The notes below the pieces were generated by a model, which did not search any database, was not told the DNA's origin, and worked only from the letters and a program-made list of their open reading frames with translations. This document shows positions 1-9,620 of a stretch of 64,000 nucleotides of DNA, piece after piece. The stretch comes from Rubripirellula sp. (lineage in GTDB: Bacteria; Planctomycetota; Planctomycetia; Pirellulales; Pirellulaceae): assembly GCA_965216875.1 (NCBI GenBank), contig OZ244207.1, positions 512,001 through 576,000 of the forward strand, in the 5' to 3' direction. Position numbers and translations under genes: made by a program. Each line of letters begins with the position of its first letter. Positions within the stretch are counted from its first letter, which is position 1.

Positions 1-465
1 GGCTTCGGCGCTGGTCACAATCACTCTTGTGCCGTTGTCAATGGGCATGCCCGTGCTGACGGCGTCGAGTTTCATGTTGCCGATACGGACGAGCCCACTG
101 GGCAGCAGGTCGCTTTTCGCGATTCCAATTCGGCCCACAAGGTCTTTCAGTGGCGTGCCATCAGCAGCGGTACTTGTAGGGGCCTCAATCGGATCGTCAT
201 CGGGGCGCCGATTTAGCATTCTTCGTCCGATCGGTGTGTGCGGCCAATAGCGGATCATGGCCACAAAGACGATCGGTGTGGTCAGCAGAGCAAAGCTCGT
301 GACACTGATTCCGAGCCACCAGCTGTGGGCAAAGGCGATCGCAATCGCGGCAACCAAAGTGGCTACCGCAGCAGCCCCGAGCAAACCGCCCGTCGGCAAC
401 AGGAATTCGGTCACCAACAAAAGGTAAAACAGAACCAGCAAGATGATGGCGTAGACCAGCTGCAT
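1..465 (-). CDS. Short NfeD-family membrane protein (N-terminal TM helices + C-terminal OB fold), runs off the window edge
   Basis: Not in the ORF track. Manual translation from ATG at 465 gives MQLVYAIILLVLFYLLLVTEFLLPTGGLLG...LVGRIGIAKSDLLPSGLVRIGNMKLDAVSTGMPIDNGTRVIV, a typical NfeD C-terminal domain. The start overlaps the upstream NfeD stop (TGATG). Confidence 0.85.
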   Translation of the reverse strand, partial: MQLVYAIILLVLFYLLLVTEFLLPTGGLLGAAAVATLVAAIAIAFAHSWWLGISVTSFALLTTPIVFVAMIRYWPHTPIGRRMLNRRPDDDPIEAPTSTAADGTPLKDLVGRIGIAKSDLLPSGLVRIGNMKLDAVSTGMPIDNGTRVIVTSAEA

Positions 466-2687
466 CAGGCTTCGATCGCCTCAACCACAACCCGATTCGC
501 GTGAACCTCGATCACGTGAACCAATTCGCCTTCAGACAATGCCGACCCATCGCTCACCACTTGAACCACTTCGTCGCCAAACTTTGCTTTTCCTGAAGGG
601 CGAAGTGGGGTCGTTGCCGTTCCTTGGCGGCCAAGTAAGTAGCTGTAGTCGACGATTTTTTCTTGTTCGCTGATCATCGCTTCGTCGGACGCTTCCATCA
701 CGAGACCTCGGAACAGGGGCACGTGTGGGAGCATGATACGCATCAATAGAAATCCGCCAACCAACCCACAGGTTCCGCCAAGGGCCAGCCACACCCCTTG
801 GGTCAGGACCTCCAGCTGATAGGTGTTTTTGGGGATCACAAACGTTTGGCTCATCAGAACGACTCCCAGCACCGTCAGCGCGAGGCCGCCGATTCCGAAG
901 ACGCCAAATCCCGGGACAAGAAATATCTCGATCGCGATGCAGATGATGCCGAGCGAAAAGCAGACCAGTTCCAACCACTCCGCCGTGCCCGCGAGAAACT
1001 TCATCCAGAAATAGAGCGCGAAGCAGACCAACGCAATGAATCCTGGGAAGCTAAGCCCGGGTGCGTTCGCTTCGGCCGAGAGGGCTGAAAACCCTATGAA
1101 CAAAAGAAAGAAGGCAAGCGTGTTGCTGCGACCAAGGTCTTCGACAAATTGGATGAATCCACGATCGGTCACAGGCGGCGGCGTGCCGCTTAAGCCGACA
1201 CGTCGAGACGTGTCTTCGACACTGCGCGATTCGCCATCGGCCAAGCCGAGGTTGATCGCTTCGGCCGCCGTGAGTCCTTCGGAAAGGTCAATGCGCTCAC
1301 CACGTTCCCACCTTTCACGCTCGGCGTCGGGATCGTCAACGTTGGCGATCAAATCGGCTTCGGTCGCATAACGAACACGTCCCGTTTTTCGGTTGGTGTA
1401 TCGAAACACCTCAAGCTGAGGGTCCAACATTCCAAGCATCAATGCTGGCGATCGCTTTGTGGAACGACCAACCTCTTCAATCAATTCGCGATACCGCTCA
1501 AGCTGTTCGGGCGAAACCTGTTCGGCTCCTTCACCGCCAATCCGCGAGTCGGGAGTCATGAAGAGCGGTTTGCAGGAAAGAGCAATCAGCGCCGCGTCGC
1601 CCCTTGCTTCGCCTCGAATCAATCCGGCGACTGATCGAAGTGGGGGTTCGGGTTGGGCGAACCAACCTGCCAGCGAAGCACTGTCACTCAGGCTGCCGCC
1701 TGCCGAATCGATCGAGATCACCCACGTATCGATATTGCCGGCGTCCAGCGTTGAGGAGAGGTTGGACTGCCATCGCCGAGCGCGATTACGGGCAATGACG
1801 CCTGAGATTTCGAGATAGACCCCCGCGGCTTCACCTGCGGCGACACGGTCGCTGATCGGATTCAATTCCGCCAAGTCCAAGATTTCTGCGGCTTCATCGA
1901 TGGAATCAAGCGACGCGGCTGCAATTCGTGCCGAACGCAGTCTCACCGCGTCCACGACGAGCGGTGCGCCCGATGCGCTCCAGCTCTCTTCCTCGAGCAC
2001 TTCGCTCGCTTCACGTAGGCGTTTCAGTTCATCGCCAGCGGCAAAGACGCGACCACCACCCACTTTGGAAACTTCAGCAACCTCGACATCGCGATCGACC
2101 AACCCTTCGATGATGGCGGGGGGAAACAACCCGCGTCTGGCGGCGATCGATTGATAAGTCAATTGGATCGTTTCGTCGCTTGATGATTCGCCAGCCGATG
2201 CATTGCCGATCACCGCGTCACCCGAAACCAAGAGCAAGTCGGACGCAATGATTGGCAAAACCGAGTGCCCGATGACTTCGCACTCAACAAGCGAGACGAC
2301 TCGCAATTGCCGAAGTTCAGGCTGAGCAAGCGCCCGCGCGACTTTCAGTGCGTCTTCAAACGCCGTCTCGCGGCCGGCGTCTGGTTCGTGGTCAGCATAG
2401 CGCAGCACGACCGTCGTCCGCTCACCCTCGGGCGCACCCTCGCCGAGCCGTACAAGTTGATCAAGTAACGTCGACGCCGCACGGCTTTCCAGTGGAACGG
2501 GGACATCGATCTGGTAGCCAATCTTGGTTTCGCCGGGCTGTTGGGCGTGGGCCGACGGCCCTGAATCGAATCGAAGCCCAGACGGCAACGGCAGCCCCGT
2601 GGCCATCGCAAGCCAAACGCTCAGCGCAAGCCATGCGGTTGCTGCGAAGCTCCTTCGCAACCGATTGTTGGCTCGTTGACTGACCAC
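465..2687 (-). CDS. Long NfeD-family membrane protein (two ClpP/crotonase-like domains, TM region, C-terminal OB fold)
   Basis: IDSAGG motif, IEIFLVPGFGVFGIGG TM segment and C-terminal GRQGTATTPLRPSGKAKFGDEVVQVVSDG. Start moved to GTG at 2687, which has a GGAG RBS upstream. Confidence 0.85.
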   Translation of the reverse strand: MVSQRANNRLRRSFAATAWLALSVWLAMATGLPLPSGLRFDSGPSAHAQQPGETKIGYQIDVPVPLESRAASTLLDQLVRLGEGAPEGERTTVVLRYADHEPDAGRETAFEDALKVARALAQPELRQLRVVSLVECEVIGHSVLPIIASDLLLVSGDAVIGNASAGESSSDETIQLTYQSIAARRGLFPPAIIEGLVDRDVEVAEVSKVGGGRVFAAGDELKRLREASEVLEEESWSASGAPLVVDAVRLRSARIAAASLDSIDEAAEILDLAELNPISDRVAAGEAAGVYLEISGVIARNRARRWQSNLSSTLDAGNIDTWVISIDSAGGSLSDSASLAGWFAQPEPPLRSVAGLIRGEARGDAALIALSCKPLFMTPDSRIGGEGAEQVSPEQLERYRELIEEVGRSTKRSPALMLGMLDPQLEVFRYTNRKTGRVRYATEADLIANVDDPDAERERWERGERIDLSEGLTAAEAINLGLADGESRSVEDTSRRVGLSGTPPPVTDRGFIQFVEDLGRSNTLAFFLLFIGFSALSAEANAPGLSFPGFIALVCFALYFWMKFLAGTAEWLELVCFSLGIICIAIEIFLVPGFGVFGIGGLALTVLGVVLMSQTFVIPKNTYQLEVLTQGVWLALGGTCGLVGGFLLMRIMLPHVPLFRGLVMEASDEAMISEQEKIVDYSYLLGRQGTATTPLRPSGKAKFGDEVVQVVSDGSALSEGELVHVIEVHANRVVVEAIEA

Positions 2688-2874
2688 TTTTCGCTCCAAA
2701 AGTAAACCGTTCCTCATCATTGCAATTATAGGGCTCCAGCCAGGAAGAAAACTGGCGCTGGAATGCTTTTTGAGCCCGCGTGGACGCAGATTCGCCCGTG
2801 TGGACGCTGATTCGCCCGTGAGGACGCTAATTCGATTGTGGGGCACTCAACGAAGCCGCGATGACAACCAGGAA

Positions 2875-4455
2875 TTACTCGCGATTCCACCAGATCGACA
2901 AGTCGGGTTGTGCCGGCCCGTCGCGGAGAAAGGTTCCGACAGCAAAATCCTGGCGACCATCTTCGTCAAAGTCGCCGACTTCGACGGAAATGTGCTGGTG
3001 CAACTTACCCTCGACCTTTGTCGGCGTGAACGTTCCATCCTTTTCTTGCGTGAACATGACGACGCTCGTCGAATCTTTGGCCGCGAGCTCACGCAAAACG
3101 TCACCCGCCAAAAGTGAGACGGCAACGACATCAAGGTCGCCATCGTGATCAAAGTCTGCCGCCTGTGCGCCTAACACTCCAGGCATCAAACCGATGTGGT
3201 GATGGGTGTAGGGGAAGCTTCCCTCGTTCTCGAGCCACTGCACGCTGTGATGCGGTTTTGGCCCGCGATCAAACGAATCGCCGTTGGTGAAAAGAATGTC
3301 CATGTCGCCGTCCAGGTCCATGTCGACCAACTCGATGCCACTCGAACCATAGGCCGGATCGGGCGCCTGGTAGATGACTTCGCTTTTGAAGTTACCGGTG
3401 CCGTCGCCAAGGAACGCCTCGACAACCTCGTAGTCTTGGCTGATCAAATTGACGAAATCGAGGTGGCCGTCGCCATTGAGATCAATCGGCGGGACATCAA
3501 CGGGGCCATGACGCGCATCGATCTGACGCATTTCAAATTGAGGAACACCGCTGGCGTCCTTTCCAGTGTTTTCCATCAGGACCGTTTGGCCGGTGGCACG
3601 CCATCCAAACACGGCAACAATCAAATCCTCGTCACCATCACCGTCGAAATCTCCCGCCCGCGCATCGGCAACGCGGCTAAGCCCTTCACGCAAGACGATC
3701 GATTCGAAGCGATCTTCTTGGGGAACGTTTCGCAACCAAACAACACGCCCCAAATCGCTGTCGTTGGCATTGAATTCACCAATGTCCGAAACGATCAGGT
3801 CCGGGTGTCCGTCACCGTCAAGATCGCAAGGTTCCACACTTACCGGCTGGAGCAAGGTTGCAAGTCGCTCGGTAGGTGATCCTTTTTCCCGAGGCCAATG
3901 TGCCATCACAGCACCCGTGTTGATGTTGCAGTAAACGATCGCGGGCGAGTCTTTGATGCCCAGATCAATCCAACGAACATTGGTCACCGCCGGCGGTCGC
4001 CGACTTGAAAACGACACATCCGTTCGCTCGAGCGAAAGCTTGGTGTCGGGGTAGCCATAGGTTGATTCAGGCAATTCGACGCGATCGGGCGCTTGGTACT
4101 GAAAGAACTTGAGGACTTCCTCTTGATCGGGAACTGCAAGGTCTTTTCGTCCAGAAGTGCGGTAGAGCATGAAGCCCTGTTCGACTTCTTCGACCCAGTC
4201 TTCACGACTGGAACTCTGAGGACGCGGCATCACATGGCAATCCGCGCAAAACGCTTTGACCTCTTCTCGTTTGGCGGAGACAAATTGCTCACGCTCGGCA
4301 GCCGCTTCTTTCTCTGCCGCTTCGAGATTGGGGTCGATTGCTTCGATCGGTGTTGTCGATTTGTCTGGCAGCGCGGCAGGCTGTTCTTTGGAACACCCGC
4401 CGACCAGGGCAACAAATGCCAGAACGAAAAGAGCTTTTTCGACGTAAATCCGCAT
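2875..4455 (-). CDS. Lipoprotein with N-terminal c-type heme motif and FG-GAP/VCBS beta-propeller repeats
   Basis: Lipobox LVGGC, heme motif CADCH and repeated DxDGDGxxD motifs (DLDGDGHPD, DFDGDGDED, DLNGDGHLD, DMDLDGDMD, DFDHDGDLD, DFDEDGRQD). Confidence 0.85.
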   Translation of the reverse strand: MRIYVEKALFVLAFVALVGGCSKEQPAALPDKSTTPIEAIDPNLEAAEKEAAAEREQFVSAKREEVKAFCADCHVMPRPQSSSREDWVEEVEQGFMLYRTSGRKDLAVPDQEEVLKFFQYQAPDRVELPESTYGYPDTKLSLERTDVSFSSRRPPAVTNVRWIDLGIKDSPAIVYCNINTGAVMAHWPREKGSPTERLATLLQPVSVEPCDLDGDGHPDLIVSDIGEFNANDSDLGRVVWLRNVPQEDRFESIVLREGLSRVADARAGDFDGDGDEDLIVAVFGWRATGQTVLMENTGKDASGVPQFEMRQIDARHGPVDVPPIDLNGDGHLDFVNLISQDYEVVEAFLGDGTGNFKSEVIYQAPDPAYGSSGIELVDMDLDGDMDILFTNGDSFDRGPKPHHSVQWLENEGSFPYTHHHIGLMPGVLGAQAADFDHDGDLDVVAVSLLAGDVLRELAAKDSTSVVMFTQEKDGTFTPTKVEGKLHQHISVEVGDFDEDGRQDFAVGTFLRDGPAQPDLSIWWNRE

Positions 4456-4750
4456 GATGGCTGGAATGAATAAGCGGCCGAGAAGGATTGTTTGGTACGC
4501 AACCAATTTGAATTATATCGCAGTGGCGATTCCACACTGTTCTTCTGCGCGAAGGCGTTTTGCCACACCAAGTGGCCGGGTGTATTTGCAGGCCGCGAGT
4601 TTGTCGTGCCGAGCTCTGCCACCGAAAACCGCCGACCGACACGTTGAACCGAAAAATGATAAGGTCAAACAACGGCCGCCGATGGCTCTTTCGGGCTGGG
4701 GTGGACGAGGCATCCTGCGCTAGCTGGTACTACCAACGGTTCTGTCCAAC

Positions 4751-7700
4751 ATGACACTGACATTTTCACTGATCCACTCCACCCAAAAAGTCGGGCTCGC
4801 GACGTTGTTTGTTGCACTGATGGTTTTGGGGTGCAGCAAAGAACCGACGACCACAGCCAAACCGGCCGAGGCCGATCCGCCCAATCCCTACCGTGCCATG
4901 AAGGCAGCGGTACGAAAGGGCCAATGGAAAGAGGCGTGGAAGCACAGCGAAGCGGTGCTGGTCAATCATCCAGATGAACCTGAGGTGTTGGCGGCGGTCG
5001 CGCGGATTGCCCATGAAAACCAAGAGCCTGACAAAGCCGCCGATCTATTGGTCGCGGCGTGTCGCGCCGAATCGTTCCGCCAATCCAAACGCGTTCAGCA
5101 AGCGATGGTCGGATTGATCGGTGTCGGGCGTTTACATGAAGGCATGCTGATGCTCGAAGATGCGGTCGCCGCTCAGCCGGACCAGCACGAGACGCGTCGG
5201 TGGCTCTACGATTTTTACATGGGCACGGAAAACCGTTTGGCCGGGTTGGAACATGGCCGAACGTTGGTCCGCAATCGCCAGTTTGACCTCGAGCTATTGC
5301 TTGAACTCAGCAACACGCAGCGTCGCAGTTTGGACGCCGACCCGCTGGTCGAAATGACCAAACGCAATCCGAACGACAAGCGTCCGCAACTCGGGCCAGC
5401 GAAAACGAGCTTTGACGAAGGCGATTATGAAAAAGCCATCGAGACGCTTGGCGAGATCGTCGCGGCTCATCCCGACTACGGTCCGGCGCAGTCTCTTCTT
5501 GGACGATGCCTCGCCACCGTTGCCCGTTGGGATGAGTACGAAGCCTGGATTGACGGCCAAACATCCGAGATCGAAGCCTATCCCAACTATTGGATCAGTC
5601 TCGGTGATTGGGCGAGCGCAAAGCAACAGCCGGCAGCGGCTGCTCGGGCCTACTGGGAATCGTGTCGGCGCGATCCCGACATCGAAGAATCGTGGTTGAA
5701 GCTCGGGAAGACGCTGCGACTATTGCGCGACAATGGTGGCGCCGTGATTGCCGACGACGAGCTTTTGATGATCGAAAACCGAACGAGCCTGCTTAGCAAA
5801 CTGAACCAAGAAAAACACCGCTTCACCCGAACGGGCAAAATCTCTCGCGCGACCGCCAATGAAATCGTGCTCACTCTTGATCGGCTGGGACGGCTTTGGG
5901 AGGCCGAGGCTTGGGCGGCAGTCGCGTTGACGCTTCCGGAAGATGACGCGATCGATATCGAAGCGACGCGCGCCGCCGTGGTCGCCAAACTGCAACCAGA
6001 ATTGCCTTGGCAGACCGATCGAGATCACCCTGAATTGTTGATCGATTATTCGTCGTTGGCACTGCCGGCGATCATCGAATCGGATCCGTCCCAGCAACGT
6101 AAGGCGTCTCTGCCAAAGGTTGCCGAACCGGGGAAGATCGCCTTGGTCAATGAAGCCAAACAACGCGGACTCGACTTTTTCGGTCGCACGAGCGACACGC
6201 TCGACCAGCCTGGCATTATGCTCTTTCGCACCCTTGGGTGCGGCGGCGGATCGATCGATTATGACCTCGACGGTTGGACCGACCTCTACCTGGTTGCCGC
6301 CGGTGGGACACCTCCCAAGAACGATTCGGAACCAAACGAATTGATGCGCAATCTGAGTGGTTCATTTAGAAAAACAGCGGAACTCGCTGGTGTCGCCGAT
6401 ACCCATTTTGGCCAAGGCGTTGCCGTTGGCGACGTGAACGAAGATGGTTTCCCGGACCTGCTTGTTCTCAATTACGGCCCGAACACGCTCTACATCAACA
6501 ATGGCGACGGCACGTTCCAAGATGCGTCGGCACGTCTGGCGAACAACGGCGATACTTGGTCGACCAGTGCGGCGATTGCTGACATCGACGGCGATCAGTT
6601 AAGCGACATTGTGGTCGTCAACTATTGCGCTGGGTTTGAACCGGTCACCCGTCCCTGTCCCATGAAGGGAACGGACATCGCGCGTTCTTGTACGCCCGTT
6701 AAATTCGAAGCGGCGTCCGACCAATTCTTCAGATGCAAGCCAGATGGCTCGTTCGGTGACGCAACCGAAACCTGGCAAGCCAATCCAACCGTGCCGGGAC
6801 GCGGGCTCGGAATCGTAGCCGGATCGTTGGACCAAAGCGAAGGCACCGATGTCTTTATCGCCAATGACATGACCAACAATCACTTTTGGAAGCTCGCCGC
6901 ATCCAACGCCGCCAACACCGTCCTTTCGGATTGCGCGATCGTGTGCGGCCTCGCTGGCGACGATCGGTCACTCGCCCAAGGTTCGATGGGAATCGCAGTT
7001 GCCGACTTGGACCGCGATCTAGATATCGATGTCTTCGTCACTAACTTCGAAGGCGAATACAACACGTATCACGAGCAACGGTTTCCGGGAATCTGGCAAG
7101 ACCGCACCTCCAGTTTGCAGCTGCACACGCCCACTCTCCCGTTGGTCGGTTTTGGCACAGCGGCAATCGATTTGGATCACAACGGACTTGACGAATTGCT
7201 CATTGCCAATGGCCACGTCGAGATCTTTCAACGGGGCGATGAAAAATCGCTGTACGAACAGCCAATGCAGCTCTTTCAACGGACGCCCAGCGGTGGCTTT
7301 GAAGACATTGCGCCGGCCGTCGAAAGCACCTACCTCCAGGCGTCGCATGTCGGCCGCGCCCTTTGGTCACTCGACGCCAACGGCGACTCAATGGTCGATT
7401 TTGCGGTCACTCACCAAACCGAACCCGTTGCGCTGTTGATCAACCAGAGTGAAGCGAAGGGCAATTGGATCGCTCTCGAGCTCGTCGGTACCGAGTCGGC
7501 CCGTGATGCGATCGGAACACAAGTGATCGTGCGCTGTGACGGCAAGAGCTGGATGGCGGGGCGGACCAGCGGTGATGGGTATCTCTGCAGCGACGAAGCG
7601 ACCCTAAGAGTCGGGCTGGGCGATGCCTCGGGACCGTGCGACGTCGAGATTCGCTGGCCTAGCGGAGAGCAGCAATCTCACCGTGGATTGATGCCCAACC

Positions 7701-7771
7701 GCACGTGGTTGTGCGTCGAATCGCAGGAATTGCCGCATTCTGGCGACGATCCCCAGGATGGGGGTGTGTAA
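4751..7771 (+). CDS. TPR + FG-GAP + ASPIC/UnbV (CRTAC1-like) lipoprotein
   Basis: Lipobox VLGC and an N-terminal TPR-like helical region. FG-GAP motifs DYDLDGWTD and DVNEDGFPD. C-terminal ASPIC/UnbV signature RDAIGTQV...GDGYLCSD...VGLG...IRWPSG. Confidence 0.88.
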   Translation: MTLTFSLIHSTQKVGLATLFVALMVLGCSKEPTTTAKPAEADPPNPYRAMKAAVRKGQWKEAWKHSEAVLVNHPDEPEVLAAVARIAHENQEPDKAADLLVAACRAESFRQSKRVQQAMVGLIGVGRLHEGMLMLEDAVAAQPDQHETRRWLYDFYMGTENRLAGLEHGRTLVRNRQFDLELLLELSNTQRRSLDADPLVEMTKRNPNDKRPQLGPAKTSFDEGDYEKAIETLGEIVAAHPDYGPAQSLLGRCLATVARWDEYEAWIDGQTSEIEAYPNYWISLGDWASAKQQPAAAARAYWESCRRDPDIEESWLKLGKTLRLLRDNGGAVIADDELLMIENRTSLLSKLNQEKHRFTRTGKISRATANEIVLTLDRLGRLWEAEAWAAVALTLPEDDAIDIEATRAAVVAKLQPELPWQTDRDHPELLIDYSSLALPAIIESDPSQQRKASLPKVAEPGKIALVNEAKQRGLDFFGRTSDTLDQPGIMLFRTLGCGGGSIDYDLDGWTDLYLVAAGGTPPKNDSEPNELMRNLSGSFRKTAELAGVADTHFGQGVAVGDVNEDGFPDLLVLNYGPNTLYINNGDGTFQDASARLANNGDTWSTSAAIADIDGDQLSDIVVVNYCAGFEPVTRPCPMKGTDIARSCTPVKFEAASDQFFRCKPDGSFGDATETWQANPTVPGRGLGIVAGSLDQSEGTDVFIANDMTNNHFWKLAASNAANTVLSDCAIVCGLAGDDRSLAQGSMGIAVADLDRDLDIDVFVTNFEGEYNTYHEQRFPGIWQDRTSSLQLHTPTLPLVGFGTAAIDLDHNGLDELLIANGHVEIFQRGDEKSLYEQPMQLFQRTPSGGFEDIAPAVESTYLQASHVGRALWSLDANGDSMVDFAVTHQTEPVALLINQSEAKGNWIALELVGTESARDAIGTQVIVRCDGKSWMAGRTSGDGYLCSDEATLRVGLGDASGPCDVEIRWPSGEQQSHRGLMPNRTWLCVESQELPHSGDDPQDGGV

Positions 7772-7947
7772 CCATCTGTAAAATTATTAACCCAAATTTT
7801 GAACCTAGATAGCTTTTCTTGATTGTTCGCGGCTTTTTGTCGCGAGATAATTCAGGCCTCGAGGTGATGTCGGGTGCAATGGTCACCCCCATCCGCGAAA
7901 CGCTCGTCGCGTTCGCATTTTTTTGTTTCATTTTTCGAGGACTGGTT

Positions 7948-9222
7948 ATGAACGTTCGAAAAAGACAAGGTTTCACCTTGGTCGAGCTGCTGGTGGTCAT
8001 TGCGATCATTGGCGTTCTGGTCGGGCTATTGCTGCCGGCTGTTCAAGCCGCACGTGAAGCCGCGCGTCGAATGAGTTGCAGTAACAATTTCAAGCAAATT
8101 GGATTGGCGATTCACAACTACCACAGCGCATACAAGCAACTGCCGCTCCATGGTTCAGGAACGGTTGACTTTGTTGATCCCACGCGCGGACAAAACGATG
8201 TTCACTGGTGGGGTAACTACACCGACCACAACTACTGGCGGTTGAGCTACCTGGTGGGGATCTCGCCGTTTATGGAGCAGCAGGCGCTTTGGGAGCAAAT
8301 CAGCAACCCAAGCCTGGAAAACTCGGATGGATCGCTGCGTGATCCAAATGAACCTTCGCCAGCCGCTGGTGGACCATGGCCACCGATGGGGCCATCGCCA
8401 CAGCAGATTCAGTACATCCCGTGGCTGTCACAGATTCCAACGCTTCGTTGTCCAAGCGACCCGGGTCAGGGTCTACCGGCACTCGGCCGTACGAACTATG
8501 CATCCTGCCATGGCGATTCGTTCTGGCGCACGATGCACGGATTCAATCGGCCTCAATTGCCGCCGAACCACAACGTCAACCGCAACTACAACATCCAGTC
8601 GCGGTCGGCCAATCGTGGTGTGTTTGTGATGCGTCAGGAGATGAAGTTCCGCGACATCCTTGACGGGTTGGCCAACACCATCATGGCAGGTGAAATCGCG
8701 ACGGACTTGGGTGATCGCGACACGCGTACGGTCGGTGCTCGCCATCCTGATCGCCAACCTGCACAAGCTCTGATGCGAGACAATCCGAATCTGTGCGTCG
8801 AAGAAGCTTCGATTCCGATGGTCGACCCTCAACGGCCATTGTTCTGGAGTGCTGGCAACAGTTTCGAAGGCGTTTCACAACGTCGTGGCTATCGCTGGGC
8901 TGATTCCAATCAGATCTTCACAGTGATGCATACGATCCTGCCGCCTAACTCGCCAATCTGTATCGCCCACGCATCGAACGGTCAGGCATTGATGACGGCA
9001 TCAAGTCGTCACCAAGGTGGCGTTCATGTCTTGATGGCCGACGGTGCGGTGATCTTCATGAGCGATTCTGTTGAAGCTGGCAACCGAAACAACGCGGTTG
9101 TCTGGCAAAGCGGCACACCAGCACTCAACAATGTCCGCGGACAAGAAAGTCCCTTTGGACTTTGGGGCGCGCTGGGTACGCGAGCAAGCAAAGAGGTCAT
9201 CGAAGAAGAGTTGAATCAGTAG
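7948..9222 (+). CDS. DUF1559 prepilin-type N-terminal cleavage/methylation protein
   Basis: [62 protein letters not shown] and H-X9-DG ([12 protein letters not shown]). ATG at 7948 follows GAGG. Confidence 0.95.
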   Translation: MNVRKRQGFTLVELLVVIAIIGVLVGLLLPAVQAAREAARRMSCSNNFKQIGLAIHNYHSAYKQLPLHGSGTVDFVDPTRGQNDVHWWGNYTDHNYWRLSYLVGISPFMEQQALWEQISNPSLENSDGSLRDPNEPSPAAGGPWPPMGPSPQQIQYIPWLSQIPTLRCPSDPGQGLPALGRTNYASCHGDSFWRTMHGFNRPQLPPNHNVNRNYNIQSRSANRGVFVMRQEMKFRDILDGLANTIMAGEIATDLGDRDTRTVGARHPDRQPAQALMRDNPNLCVEEASIPMVDPQRPLFWSAGNSFEGVSQRRGYRWADSNQIFTVMHTILPPNSPICIAHASNGQALMTASSRHQGGVHVLMADGAVIFMSDSVEAGNRNNAVVWQSGTPALNNVRGQESPFGLWGALGTRASKEVIEEELNQ

Positions 9223-9252
9223 TCTTGATTTCAACTTGAACATGATCAAACG

Positions 9253-9288
9253 AAAAAAGGCCCCGTCAGTATGACGGGGCCTTTGTTT
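9253..9288. terminator. Bidirectional intrinsic terminator
   Basis: Perfect stem AAAGGCCCCGTCA-gta-TGACGGGGCCTTT flanked by A- and T-rich tracts, lying between convergent genes. Confidence 0.9.
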
Positions 9289-9314
9289 ATTGGAATGGAA
9301 GCAACTTAAAGGGC

Positions 9315-9485
9315 TTATTCCGTGTCTTGCATTGCGGAGGCCATTTCCGCTTCGTCAGCCGCGATTTGTTCGGCCGCAGCTCGAATCGCATCACCATCGT
9401 CAGAGACAACGGTTGGCTTTTCACTCTGGCAACCTACGGCGAACGCAAGTGCAACCACAGCAAGGCATGCAACAAACTTCTTCAT
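9315..9485 (-). CDS. Small acidic lipoprotein (56 aa)
   Basis: MKKFVACLAVVALAFAVGC signal peptide with lipobox and an acidic helical tail. Start refined to ATG 9485. Confidence 0.75.
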   Translation of the reverse strand: MKKFVACLAVVALAFAVGCQSEKPTVVSDDGDAIRAAAEQIAADEAEMASAMQDTE

Positions 9486-9620
9486 ACCTGAATTCCTCAA
9501 CATGAGAACGATTGGCCACCTGAACATACTCGGGGACACACGGCGCGACCCGAGTTGGCCAAGCTTCATTCTACGCGTTCCCAGGGGCGCCGTTTGCAAA
9601 AAACAATACGTGGCGAAAAA

